In this document: piece by piece, positions 10,590 through 20,523 of the stretch
Position numbering within the stretch: position 1 is the first letter of the stretch
Layout: each line of letters starts with the position of its first letter
From: Dehalococcoidia bacterium
GTDB lineage: Bacteria; Chloroflexota; Dehalococcoidia; Lucifugimonadales; UBA3495
DNA: 64,000 bases
Assembly: GCA_965220105.1 (NCBI GenBank)
Contig: OZ244811.1
Location: forward strand, 709,157 to 773,156
Reading direction: 5' to 3'
The notes under the pieces: generated by a model
What the model saw: only the letters and a program-made list of their open reading frames with translations
Databases searched by the model: none
What the model was told of the DNA's origin: nothing
Position numbers and translations under genes: made by a program

Positions 10590-11280
10590 AGTCTCCGAGG
10601 TGGTGGCCGGCTACGGGGAGACCGAAATCCTCCACGGCGTTTCCATCATGGTTGACCAGGCGGAGATAGTCACCATCATCGGCCCCAACGGCTGCGGCAA
10701 GTCCACCTTGATGAAGGCCATCGTTGGCCTGGTGCGCGTCCGGACCGGCAGCGTCGTTTTCCGCGACCGCGACATCTCCGACCAACCCCCCGAACGAATC
10801 GTCCGCACCGGCCTCTGTTACGTCCCCCAGTCCAGCAACGTTTTCCCGTCGATGAGCATTCGGGAGAACCTGGAAATGGGGGCTTTCATTCTTGACGGCG
10901 ACTACTCCGGGCGCATTGACGCCATGTTCGAACTGTTTCCCGACCTGGCTCGCCGCCCCGGCCAGAAAGCCGGCAGCCTCTCCGGCGGGCAGCGCCAGAT
11001 GCTAGCCATCGCCCGCGCCCTCATGCTGGACCCAGCCCTCCTGCTCCTGGATGAACCCTCCGCCGGCCTGTCCCCGGTGATGATGGGCACCGTCTTCGAA
11101 CGCATCCGCGACATCAATCAGACCGGCGTCGCCCTGCTGCTGGTGGAACAGAACGCCCGCCAGGCGCTCAGCATGTCCCACCGCGGATACATCCTGGTAG
11201 CCGGCGAAAACCGCCTGGAAGACACGGGCCAGGATTTGCTGAACAACCCGGAAGTTGCCAGCCTGTACCTGGGCGGATAG
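10576..11280 (+). CDS. livF: Branched-chain amino acid-type ABC transporter ATP-binding protein (LivF-like)
   Basis: GPNGCGKST, LSGGQRQMLA, LDEPSAGL, LVEQNA, YLGG. Confidence 0.9.
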   Translation: MALLEVSEVVAGYGETEILHGVSIMVDQAEIVTIIGPNGCGKSTLMKAIVGLVRVRTGSVVFRDRDISDQPPERIVRTGLCYVPQSSNVFPSMSIRENLEMGAFILDGDYSGRIDAMFELFPDLARRPGQKAGSLSGGQRQMLAIARALMLDPALLLLDEPSAGLSPVMMGTVFERIRDINQTGVALLLVEQNARQALSMSHRGYILVAGENRLEDTGQDLLNNPEVASLYLGG

Positions 11281-11287
11281 ACGCATC

Positions 11288-12316
11288 TTGCTGTCGTCCA
11301 TACTAGATGCCGCGTGGCGATTCAGCCGCAGCTGGACGCCAGCGCACACTGCGGTTGCCATTGTTGTGGTCGCCATCATCATCGGATTCCTCCCCTTTGT
11401 GAAGATGGGGCTGGTGGTCAACGGCGTTTTACTGGGCGCGATTATTGCGCTGGGAGCCATCGGACTCACGCTGATCTATGGGATATTGAACTTCGCCAAC
11501 ATTGCCCACGGCGACTACATGACCATGGGAGCATACGCAGCGCTTTTCATCGTGGGCAGCATCCTTCCTCGTTTGGGACTGGAGTCCAGCGGTTTCGGGC
11601 CCTTCACCTTCGGATACCCTTTGCTCATCGCATTGCCGGTCGGCGTGGCGGCGGTGGCCGTCCTGGCAGTGGCGGTGGATGTGGCTGTTTACCGTCGGCT
11701 CAGGAACCGGGGCGTGAATGCCGTCGTGCTGTCGATGGCTTCTCTGGGCGTGGCGATTGCGATGCGCGGGTTGGTGCAGGTCATCTGGAGCGGCGATACA
11801 CAGAGCTACCCCAGGGAGTCCAAGCCGGTTTACCACCTGCCGATGGACGTGCGGATACCCCCCGACGCCATTTTCGTGGCCATCATAGCCATCATTCTGG
11901 TGGTGGCGGTGTACCTGATATTGAACCGGACCAAGATGGGCAAGGCCATGCGCGCCACCGCCGACAACCCCGACCTGGCGCTGGTCAGCGGCATCGACAC
12001 TCGGCGGGTCATCTGGGCCACCTGGATAATGGGCGCCGTCCTGGCGGGCACGGCGGGGATTCTGCTGGGGGTATATCAGGCGCAACTAATGCCAATAATG
12101 GGTTGGAAGTTTCTGCTGCCCCTTTTCGCCGCCGTAATCCTGGGCGGCATCGGCAACCCTTATGGCGCGCTGGTGGGCGCTTTTGTCATCGGGGTTACGT
12201 CTGAGGTGTCCACCCAATGGATTAACCCCAGTTACAAACCAGCGGTGGCGTTTGGGATTATGATAGCGATGCTGCTCGTAAGACCACGAGGCTTGTTTGG
12301 CGGCGGCAGAAATTGA
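11288..12316 (+). CDS. livH: Branched-chain amino acid-type ABC permease (LivH-like)
   Basis: ALGAIGLTLIYGILNFANIAHG, TKMGKAMRA, AVILGGIG, LVRPRGLFG; start uncertain. Confidence 0.88.
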   Translation: MLSSILDAAWRFSRSWTPAHTAVAIVVVAIIIGFLPFVKMGLVVNGVLLGAIIALGAIGLTLIYGILNFANIAHGDYMTMGAYAALFIVGSILPRLGLESSGFGPFTFGYPLLIALPVGVAAVAVLAVAVDVAVYRRLRNRGVNAVVLSMASLGVAIAMRGLVQVIWSGDTQSYPRESKPVYHLPMDVRIPPDAIFVAIIAIILVVAVYLILNRTKMGKAMRATADNPDLALVSGIDTRRVIWATWIMGAVLAGTAGILLGVYQAQLMPIMGWKFLLPLFAAVILGGIGNPYGALVGAFVIGVTSEVSTQWINPSYKPAVAFGIMIAMLLVRPRGLFGGGRN

Positions 12317-12369
12317 TGACCATAGGCCGGGTTGGGCAAACTGGCAGAGCAATCGGATAGACAGACGCG

Positions 12370-13353
12370 ATGGAAATTGTAGGGATTCTCAACTACCTGG
12401 TGGGCTTCGCCATTATGGCGGGCATCTACTCGATCTTCTCCCTGGGTCTGAACGTGCATTGGGGGTTCACCGGCCTTTTCAATATCGGTATCGCCGGGTT
12501 CTTTGCGCTGGGAGCCTACACCAGCGCGCTGCTAACGACCCGGCCTCCCGACCCGGCGCTGGCCGAAGATTTCATCTTTGGCGGCAATTGGTCGCAACTG
12601 GCGTTTCTGGACCTGGGGTTCGACCTGTGGTTCTTCCTGGGCCTGGCGGCGGCGGCCCTGGTGTGCGGCATCATCGCCCTGCCGATCGGCTACGTTACGC
12701 TGCGGCTCCGCGATGACTACTTGGCCATTGCCACGCTGGGCATCGCCGAAACGTCCCGGCTGTTCTTTCTCAACGAGAAATGGGTGGCCAACGGCTCGAA
12801 AGGGCTGTTGCTGCATAAGAAATTTCTCGGGGACCTGGTATCCCCGGAACACTACGACTATCTGTATCTGGTAGTGATAGTGGCGGCGATCGTGATGCTG
12901 TATCTGGCGGTGGACCGGGCGGTCAAATCGCCCTGGGGTCGGGTGTTGCGGGCCATCCGGGAGGACGAAACCGCCGCCGGAGCCAGCGGGAAGGACGTGT
13001 TCAAGTTCAAACTACAGGCGTTCATTCTGGGGGCCGTAATTATGGGAATCGGCGGGGCGCTGTTCGCCCACCACTTCCAGTTCCTCGCTCCGATCACCTT
13101 TGACCCGCTGCTGGCCACTTTCGTCATCTGGGCCATGCTGATGGTAGGTGGGGCGGGAAACAACCTGGGTGCGATTCTGGGGGCTTTTGTAGTGTGGGGA
13201 ATCTGGACTGGAACACAGTTTTTGCCCGGTTTTTTGTCCGATCCCAACTTGCGATTCTTTATGATCGGAGCGCTCATTGTTGCCGTTATGCTGATACGGC
13301 CCGGAGGCATACTGAGCGAAGAACGGCGCGTCAGTCGGGCGTCCGAAACATAA
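12370..13353 (+). CDS. livM: Branched-chain amino acid-type ABC permease (LivM-like)
   Basis: LGLN..WGFTGLFNIG, LRLRDDYLAIATLG, SPWGRVLRAIREDE, RPGGIL. Confidence 0.9.
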   Translation: MEIVGILNYLVGFAIMAGIYSIFSLGLNVHWGFTGLFNIGIAGFFALGAYTSALLTTRPPDPALAEDFIFGGNWSQLAFLDLGFDLWFFLGLAAAALVCGIIALPIGYVTLRLRDDYLAIATLGIAETSRLFFLNEKWVANGSKGLLLHKKFLGDLVSPEHYDYLYLVVIVAAIVMLYLAVDRAVKSPWGRVLRAIREDETAAGASGKDVFKFKLQAFILGAVIMGIGGALFAHHFQFLAPITFDPLLATFVIWAMLMVGGAGNNLGAILGAFVVWGIWTGTQFLPGFLSDPNLRFFMIGALIVAVMLIRPGGILSEERRVSRASET

Positions 13354-13381
13354 CGGCCAACCCGTCGAATACCACCAATGC

Positions 13382-13409
13382 GTAGGGGCGACGCATCCGT
13401 CGCCCCTAC
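13382..13409. repeat. GTAG-type REP hairpin between convergent genes (possible terminator)
   Basis: gtaggggcgacg-catc-cgtcgcccctac, 12-bp perfect stem. Confidence 0.75.
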
Positions 13410-13430
13410 CAAACCCGCCGTCTTACGCTG

Positions 13431-14801
13431 CTACGGCAACTCGAACCGTCCGGTGGACTTGATCTCCCCGCCGGAGATGGTCCAGATTTCGATGGTGCCG
13501 AACACGTCCCCGTTTTCGTCGAAATCCACGATGCCGCCCGCTCCCTCGTAGTTGATGTCTTTGCCTTCGGCAATCAGGCTTAACGCCCTGGCGATGCCCT
13601 CGCGTCCGGGTCCGACGGCCTCTCCGGGAGCGTTGGCTACGTCTCGAATGGCGTCGCGGATGGCGGCGGAATCGGTGGTGGTGCCGGCTTTGGCGGCCGC
13701 CAGCGCAATCAACACCGTCGCGTCATAATGTTCCGCCATGAAGGGATGGGAAACTGGAAAGCCGTAATGCTCCTCGTAAGCGCTTTCAAACGCGTCCTGT
13801 TCCGGCCGTCCGGGGCTGCCCTGCGCGGTGCCCAGCGAACCGTCCAGTGCATCCCAAGCATTGATTTCGTCAATCCACTCGGCGCCCTTGGTGCCGTCGG
13901 CAAACAGGAAATTGTCGGCGAGTCCACTTTCCAGCGCTTCCCGAATATACACTCTCGCCTGCCCGGTGTAGCTCAGCACTGCCAGCACGTCGGGGTCGCC
14001 TTCGGTCGCCTTTTCCAGCTCGGAAACGTAGGTGGGCTGCACGTCCTCGTGGGGAACCCGGGCAGTTACGGTTCCGCCCAACTCGGTAAAACTCTGCTCA
14101 AACTGGTCGGCTAAACCTTCGCCGTAGGCGTTGTTGACGTACATGATACCGACCTTTTGGTAGCCTTCCTCATTCGCAACGCGAGCCAGTACCACACCCT
14201 GGGAAGCGTCGGACGGCGTGGTGCGGAAGACGAAATCATCGTCTGCCAGGGTGGTGATGGCCGGCGCCGTTGACGCGCCCGAGACGATCAGCCGCTGTTT
14301 GGGTATGGCGACGGCCTGTGCCACCGCCAGGGTAACGCCGCTGGAAAGGGCTCCTACCAACGCCACTGCATTTTCAACGTCCACCAGGGCTCGCGCCGAG
14401 TCCACGCCCTGCACCGGATTCACGCCGGTATCGCGGCTGATGATAACCATAGAACCGCCCTGCACTCCACCAGCGAGGTTGACGTGATTGGCTGCCAGAT
14501 CCACCGAGTTACGCAACGGCGGGCCAAACTCGGTAAGCGAGCCGGTAAACGCGTTGAGGTTGCCCACCACCAACGGCGGCAACGCCTCCATCTGCACCTC
14601 TACCGTGGTTTTTACCTCGCGGGTTACCTGTACTTCCTTAGTAATCTCTTGAGTGACGATTTGCGTTACAGGTACTTCTTGGGTAACGATCTGCGTCACC
14701 GGCACTTCCCTGACTTCAGGCGCCGCCGGCGTGCACGCCACGGAAACCAGGATTGCCATGGCTGCCAGCAGCGAGACGACCAGCCCTATCCTCAATCTCA
14801 T
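13431..14801 (-). CDS. ABC transporter substrate-binding lipoprotein (LivK/PBP1 type)
   Basis: ATG 14801 after ggaggg; lipobox LVSVAC; VTQIVTQE linker; FRTTPSD..QG, NNAYGEGL, INYEGAGG.VDFDENGD. Confidence 0.9.
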   Translation of the reverse strand: MRLRIGLVVSLLAAMAILVSVACTPAAPEVREVPVTQIVTQEVPVTQIVTQEITKEVQVTREVKTTVEVQMEALPPLVVGNLNAFTGSLTEFGPPLRNSVDLAANHVNLAGGVQGGSMVIISRDTGVNPVQGVDSARALVDVENAVALVGALSSGVTLAVAQAVAIPKQRLIVSGASTAPAITTLADDDFVFRTTPSDASQGVVLARVANEEGYQKVGIMYVNNAYGEGLADQFEQSFTELGGTVTARVPHEDVQPTYVSELEKATEGDPDVLAVLSYTGQARVYIREALESGLADNFLFADGTKGAEWIDEINAWDALDGSLGTAQGSPGRPEQDAFESAYEEHYGFPVSHPFMAEHYDATVLIALAAAKAGTTTDSAAIRDAIRDVANAPGEAVGPGREGIARALSLIAEGKDINYEGAGGIVDFDENGDVFGTIEIWTISGGEIKSTGRFELP

Positions 14802-14942
14802 TATCGAATCTCCCTCCAATGTCCGGCCATAAATATGGGTGGATTCAATGGCCCGTAATTTCGTGCGGCATATTATATTACCCAGCCAGAAATGTACAAC
14901 CGACTCGCCGGCCCCACGCAGGGCCTTTCGATTGGCCCCTAA

Positions 14943-15075
14943 TGTCATTGCGAGGAGCGAAGCGACGTGGCAATCTCGATCCGGTAGCCGGGTTTGCTTC
15001 GCCAACGAGATTGCCACGCTGCGCTCGCAATGACAAAGTGGTTAGGCTCGCAATGACAAAGTGGGCACGCATGAG
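14943..15075. repeat. CGTC-type REP-like palindromic repeat with duplicated arm (copy 3)
   Basis: tgtcattgcgaggagcgaagcgacgtggcaatctcg ... cgagattgccacgctgcgctcgcaatgacaaagtgg-ttag-gctcgcaatgacaaagtgg. Confidence 0.85.
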
Positions 15076-15098
15076 ACTCACCGGCCCCGTTACAACCG

Positions 15099-16130
15099 TC
15101 ACCGGGCGGCAGCCAGCGTTGTGCCCGTGAAGAACCGTTCGATGACCAGATCGACGAAATTCCGGCCCATCAACTTGTAACCCTCGGCGTTGGGATGCAG
15201 GTCGTCCGGTAGCAGGTGCGCCAGGTCCGGCCCGAACAGTTCCAGCCCGTCCACGTAGTGCAGGTTACCGTCGCCCCGACCCTGCATGGCATCCACCGCC
15301 TCGGCCACTTCCACCCGCATCTGCGTGAGCGTGAACTCGGCGGCGTTGGGCGTGTGCTCCCGGGGCGGCGAGAAGATGGGCGAAATGACAACCAAGGGCG
15401 TGTCGGGGTGCTTCTCCCGCACGATGTGCACAAACCCGATGATTGCCGGCATGAAAGTACGGGAGTTCATGCTGGCCGCGTTGTGCACGTTGATGCCCAA
15501 TTTCAGCGAAAGATAGTCCGCCGGCAGCTCGCGAATCATGCGGGCCACCATGGGTTCCAGGTGGCAACCGCCCCCGTATCCCAGGCAGGTCAGGTTCAGC
15601 CCGCTCTGCCGCGCCGCCACCGCCGGCCAGGTCTGGCTGGGACTCTCCGCCGTGCGGCAATGCGTGATGGAGCTGCCGTAGGTCACCCACCGGGGGCGCG
15701 TGTCCTCGTAGGGCTCCACTCCGGCCCCGTCGGTAATTTCCAGACCGTGCAACCGGAACTCCCCGTGCTGAGGCAGCCACAACTCGATCAGTTTCCTTCC
15801 CGACGGCAGGCCGTCAAACCGGAATCCGTCCCGCCCGTCCAGGGGCGCTGAACCAAAGGACTCGCCGTCGCAGTACAGGTCAATCGGGCTGCCCGGGTCG
15901 GGATCGCCAACCCACGGCTGCACCGATCCGGCCACCAGCTCGGTATCGCTGTGGAACGAAATCCGCACCCCGGCCGGCATCGCTGCCCGGTCCCGCAGCG
16001 CATCGGGAGGGAAGAGCGCCAACTCCTGGTAGGGCAGACGCCACGGCATCGTCCAATGCTCGGTTCGGTTGAACGATATCGCTCCTTGCCAGGTTAAACC
16101 CGGATGGTCAGGTCGAATTGTCTGAGGCAT
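15099..16130 (-). CDS. SGNH/GDSL hydrolase family protein
   Basis: YGSSITH block I, LGYGG, KLGIN, DDLHPNAEGY block V. Confidence 0.9.
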   Translation of the reverse strand: MPQTIRPDHPGLTWQGAISFNRTEHWTMPWRLPYQELALFPPDALRDRAAMPAGVRISFHSDTELVAGSVQPWVGDPDPGSPIDLYCDGESFGSAPLDGRDGFRFDGLPSGRKLIELWLPQHGEFRLHGLEITDGAGVEPYEDTRPRWVTYGSSITHCRTAESPSQTWPAVAARQSGLNLTCLGYGGGCHLEPMVARMIRELPADYLSLKLGINVHNAASMNSRTFMPAIIGFVHIVREKHPDTPLVVISPIFSPPREHTPNAAEFTLTQMRVEVAEAVDAMQGRGDGNLHYVDGLELFGPDLAHLLPDDLHPNAEGYKLMGRNFVDLVIERFFTGTTLAAAR

Positions 16131-16190
16131 GTGTGTCCTCCTGATGCTGTCGTTTTAGCGTCGTGTCGACAGTGTAACCCGCCACCACAC

Positions 16191-16275
16191 CTCATGCGCG
16201 CCCACTTTGCCATTGCGAGCCTAACCACTTTGTCATTGCGAGCGTAGCGTGGCAATCTCGTCATCGTAGCAACGG
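16191..16275. repeat. CGTC-type REP-like repeat (copy 4), inverted relative to 15006-15075
   Basis: 16191-16260 is the reverse complement of 15006-15075 with 3 mismatches in 70 bp. Confidence 0.85.
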
Positions 16276-16408
16276 CGCCCCCCGAGTTCAAATGCTGGTG
16301 GAAAAGTCGCGACCAATCAAGTATGATTGCACAAAATCGCCGACCCATTTTCCGGGCTTCAAGTACGCTAGCGCACGGCTGGACCATCCTGCGGAAAGGA
16401 GAAACGTT

Positions 16409-17956
16409 TTGAAGTACGACGCAATCGTCATTGGCGCCGGTTCAGCCGGCTCCATTGTTGCCACTCGATTGAGTGAAGACCCCAATCGCTCGGTGCTGCT
16501 CCTGGAGGCCGGCCCGGACTACCCCAACTTCGACCATCTGCCCGATGAGGTCAAGTTCGGTTACGCCACCACCACCGACGTCATGACCAGCGACCACAAC
16601 TGGCAGTTCACCGGATACGGCACCGAAAAGAACCCGCAGATTATGGTTCCCCGGGGCCGGGTAACCGGAGGTTCCAGCGCCATCAACGGTCAGATGTTCC
16701 TCCGCGGCGTCCCCGAGGACTACGACACCTGGGCCTCCATGGGCAACGACGAGTGGAGCTTCCAGAACCTGCTGGGTTGCTTCCGTCGCCTGGAGACCGA
16801 TACCGACTTCAGCGACGACTTCCACGGCAACGACGGTCCCATCATCGCGCGCCGCTTCAAGCAGGACGACTGGCTTCCCGCGCAAAATGCCTTTTACAAC
16901 GCCGTTCGGGCGGCCGGCTTTCCCCACACTGACGACCACAACAGCCCGGACTCCACCGGCATCGGCCCGACGCCTTTCAACAACCCCAACGGCATTCGGT
17001 GGAGCACCGCCCTGGGCTATCTCGACCCCGCCCGCAACCGGCTCAACCTCACCCTCCGGCCCAACTGCACCGTGCATCGCGTTATCTTCGAAGGCAACCG
17101 GGCCACGGGCGTGGTGGTCGAGAGCGGCGGCGAAATCTTCACCGTCGAGGGCGATCAGATTATCCTGAGCGGCGGAGCCATCGCATCACCCCATCTACTC
17201 ATGCTCTCCGGCGTGGGTCCCGCCGACCACCTCCGCAGCCTGGGGATACCGGTGGTGCACGACTCGCCCGGCGTGGGGCAGAACCTCCGCGACCATCCCA
17301 TCGTTCCGGTAACCTGGCGCACCAAACCCGGTTTCGACCTGGACGGGCTGGCTCCTCGCAGCCAGCTTTGCCTGCGTTACACCGCCGAGGGCTCCCACCT
17401 CCGCAACGACATGATCATGATTTTCTCCTCCTACGCCACCGCGCAGGTGATCCAGGGCGGCAACCGCATGGAACCCCTGGGCATCCGCGCCTCGGTCTCC
17501 ATCTACCTGGCCGTCGGAGCGGGCGAATTGACCCTTCAGTCCACCGACCCGCACCAGCAACCCTATCTCAACTATAACTATCTCCGCGAGGAATTCGACC
17601 GCAAGCGCCTGCGCGATGGCGTCAGGATTGCCGCCGGATTGGGTGACCACGGAGACTTTAGCGACATTGTGCAGGACCGCACCGATCCCACGGACTCGGA
17701 CCTGGCATCCGACGATGCCCTGGATGACTGGTTGTTGAGCAACGTCTCCACTGCCCAGCACATCTCCTGCACCTGCAAGATGGGGCCCGATTCCGACCCC
17801 ATGGCCGTGGTCGACCAGCACGGTAGAGTCCGCGGACTGGAGAATATCCGCGTCGTTGACGCCTCCATAATGCCCGACTGCATCCGCGCCAACACCAACG
17901 TAACCACCATGATGATTGGCGAGCGCGTTTCCGAGTTCATCCTGAGCGGGAAGTAA
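16409..17956 (+). CDS. GMC family FAD oxidoreductase (choline dehydrogenase/MftG-like)
   Basis: TTG start after aaggag; GAGSAG, LLEAG, RGRVTGGSSAING, GVGQNLRDH, H..CTCKMG, VVDASIMP, NTN.TT.MIGER. Confidence 0.92.
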   Translation: MKYDAIVIGAGSAGSIVATRLSEDPNRSVLLLEAGPDYPNFDHLPDEVKFGYATTTDVMTSDHNWQFTGYGTEKNPQIMVPRGRVTGGSSAINGQMFLRGVPEDYDTWASMGNDEWSFQNLLGCFRRLETDTDFSDDFHGNDGPIIARRFKQDDWLPAQNAFYNAVRAAGFPHTDDHNSPDSTGIGPTPFNNPNGIRWSTALGYLDPARNRLNLTLRPNCTVHRVIFEGNRATGVVVESGGEIFTVEGDQIILSGGAIASPHLLMLSGVGPADHLRSLGIPVVHDSPGVGQNLRDHPIVPVTWRTKPGFDLDGLAPRSQLCLRYTAEGSHLRNDMIMIFSSYATAQVIQGGNRMEPLGIRASVSIYLAVGAGELTLQSTDPHQQPYLNYNYLREEFDRKRLRDGVRIAAGLGDHGDFSDIVQDRTDPTDSDLASDDALDDWLLSNVSTAQHISCTCKMGPDSDPMAVVDQHGRVRGLENIRVVDASIMPDCIRANTNVTTMMIGERVSEFILSGK

Positions 17957-18004
17957 CGCGCGCCCACCGGTCATCTACTGCGACTCATCGAGAGGGTGCA
18001 CATC

Positions 18005-19429
18005 ATGCCTAACCGTGAAATCGAACAAATTGCCCACCTGATGCGTCGGGCCGGCTTCGGCGCCACCCGCGAACAGCTGGACGCCTACGCCGCCCAGGGC
18101 TACGAAACCACCGTCGATCAGCTCCTCGACCAAACCCACGAGCGGCGGATGGGCGATGACCTCATCCGACGCTTCCATCCGGAACTCTCCGGCATGATGG
18201 GTACCCTGGGCTCCGGCGAAAACTGGCTCTACCGCATGGCCACCACCACCACGCCCCTGCGTGAAAAGGTGGCCCTCTTCTGGCACGGCATCTTCGCCAC
18301 CGGTTACCCCAAGGTAATCCACGGCAAGGCCCTGTCCGATCAGGTCCGCATGTTCCGCTATCGGGGCATGGGCAACTTCCGCGACCTGTTGGTGGAACTC
18401 TCCCAGGACCCGGCCATGATTATCTGGCTGGACAACCAGGACAACCACAAGGACGCCATCAACGAGAACTACGGCCGGGAATTGCTCGAGCTCTTCTCCA
18501 TGGGCGTTGGCAACTACTCCGAGCAGGACGTTCAGGAGTGCGCCCGCGCCTTCACCGGCTGGACCCTGGGCAACCGGGAGTACATGGAATTGCGCTCCAT
18601 GCGTGACTCCGACTGGCCCTATGGCCGAATCTCGTGGCACTTCGAGTTCCAGCCCGCAGACCACGACGACGGCGAGAAGGAATTCCTCGGCAAGCGGGGC
18701 AACTTCAACGGCGATGACATCGTTGACATCATCTGCCAGAACGAAGCCACCGCGCGCTTCATCTCCCGCCACATGTACAGCTTCTTCGTGGCCGACGAGC
18801 CGCCCGTCCCCGAGTGGCCCTACACCGAACCCGACGACCCGACGGCGATTGACCTGCTGACCCAGGCTTATTTCGACAGCGGGTACAACATCACCGCCAT
18901 GCTGCGTGTGCTGTTCAACTCCGACTTCTTCCGCGCCGAATCCAACTGGTACCGGAAGGTCAAGAGCCCGGTGGAACTGGTTGCCGGCGTGCTCCGCCTC
19001 ACCGGCGAGTTCGACCGGCCCCGCAAGGAAATCCTGGAGCGCTACCAGCAGGCCGTCTTCATGGGCCAGTTCCTCAACAACCCGCCCAGCGTGGAAGGCT
19101 GGCACCAGGGCACCGACTGGATTGACACCGGCTCACTGGTGGAACGCGTCAACTTCGCCTCGCAGCAGTTGGGCGACACCACCAAAACCGGCGTGCAAAC
19201 CATCATCGACCGCATCGCCGACACCAACCCCGCCGGCGCCTCTCCCGAAGTGCTGGTTGACGCCTGCTTGGACCAGGTTGGCGCCATCGCCGTCTCCGAG
19301 GACACCCGCCATGAACTGGTCGATTTCGCCTCCGTTATCGGCCACGGCGACTCGCCCGCCGCCAGTCGGGAGCGCATCGCCGAGGTCCTGCAGATGGTGG
19401 CCTCCACCCACGAGTTCCAGCGGGCCTGA
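18005..19429 (+). CDS. DUF1800 domain protein
   Basis: HLMRRAGFG, LREK.ALFWH..FAT, DPAM..WLD, NENYGRELLELFSMG, ARAFTGW, KSPVE, PPSVEGW. Confidence 0.93.
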   Translation: MPNREIEQIAHLMRRAGFGATREQLDAYAAQGYETTVDQLLDQTHERRMGDDLIRRFHPELSGMMGTLGSGENWLYRMATTTTPLREKVALFWHGIFATGYPKVIHGKALSDQVRMFRYRGMGNFRDLLVELSQDPAMIIWLDNQDNHKDAINENYGRELLELFSMGVGNYSEQDVQECARAFTGWTLGNREYMELRSMRDSDWPYGRISWHFEFQPADHDDGEKEFLGKRGNFNGDDIVDIICQNEATARFISRHMYSFFVADEPPVPEWPYTEPDDPTAIDLLTQAYFDSGYNITAMLRVLFNSDFFRAESNWYRKVKSPVELVAGVLRLTGEFDRPRKEILERYQQAVFMGQFLNNPPSVEGWHQGTDWIDTGSLVERVNFASQQLGDTTKTGVQTIIDRIADTNPAGASPEVLVDACLDQVGAIAVSEDTRHELVDFASVIGHGDSPAASRERIAEVLQMVASTHEFQRA

Positions 19430-19469
19430 CCCAACCGGTAGTCTCACCGCCGCCAGTTGAGGAAACAAC

Positions 19470-20498
19470 ATGACCACCACCCAAAACATACCCGAACTCA
19501 AAACCCTCGAATACGCCCTTACCCTGGGCATGACCACTATGGAGGGCCGGGGGTTCTACTACCCCATGGACACCGCCATCGCCGACGATGGCCGCCTTTA
19601 CGTCGCCAACCGGTCGCTGGAAAACGTCACCCGGGGGGTGCGCGTAACCATGTGCGACATCGACAGTGATTACTTCGGCACCTTCGGACCCTACGGCGAG
19701 TCGCCCGGCCAGTTCGTCTGGCCTTCCGCGTGCATCCTGGACAGCCAGGGCCGGGTCTACGTCAGCGACGAGTACAGCAACCGCATCTCGGTTTTCGACC
19801 GGGATGGCCAGCTCCTCTCCACCTGGGGCGCCGCCGGCTCCGCGGCCGGCCAGTTCGACACTCCGTCCGGCCTCGCCTTCGACACGCAGGACAACCTGTT
19901 CGTCGCCGATACCTACAACCATCGGGTGCAGAAGTTCACCTCCGATGGCCGCTTCCTGGTCGGTTTCGGCAGCCACGGCAGCGACGCCGGCCAGTTTAAC
20001 CTCCCCTGGGGCCTGGCCGTCGACCGCAACGATGACGTCTACGTGGCCGACTGGGGCAATGACCGCATCCAGAAGTTCTCGGCTCACGGACAGTTCCTCG
20101 CCTCTTACGGCACGTCGGGTCGTGGCGACGGCGAGTTCCACCGTCCTTCCGGCGTGGCCGTCGACGCCGATGGCTATATGTACGTTGCCGATTGGGGCAA
20201 CGAACGTGTGCAGATTCTCCGTCCCGACGGCGGTTTCGTCCAGAAGCTGCGCGGCGAAGCCACCCTCTCCGCCTGGGCTGCCAACTTTCTGGCGGTCAAC
20301 GTGGAGGAGGGCGACGCCCGCTCCCGCGCCAACCTGGAACCCGAAATCGAGTTCTTCCTCGACGACCCCCACGAGGAGTCGTCCCACATCGAAAAATATT
20401 TCTGGTCCCCCGTCTCCGTCAAGCTGGACCGGGAGGGCAAACTCTACGTAACCGAAAGCAACCGCCACCGCATCCAGGTCTACCAGCCAATCGCCTAG
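19470..20498 (+). CDS. NHL-repeat 6-bladed beta-propeller protein
   Basis: Repeated GQF..P.G.A.D...VYVAD.GN.RIQKF units. Confidence 0.92.
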   Translation: MTTTQNIPELKTLEYALTLGMTTMEGRGFYYPMDTAIADDGRLYVANRSLENVTRGVRVTMCDIDSDYFGTFGPYGESPGQFVWPSACILDSQGRVYVSDEYSNRISVFDRDGQLLSTWGAAGSAAGQFDTPSGLAFDTQDNLFVADTYNHRVQKFTSDGRFLVGFGSHGSDAGQFNLPWGLAVDRNDDVYVADWGNDRIQKFSAHGQFLASYGTSGRGDGEFHRPSGVAVDADGYMYVADWGNERVQILRPDGGFVQKLRGEATLSAWAANFLAVNVEEGDARSRANLEPEIEFFLDDPHEESSHIEKYFWSPVSVKLDREGKLYVTESNRHRIQVYQPIA

Positions 20499-20523
20499 TC
20501 AGTCGCTCAGGAGGATTGACCCC

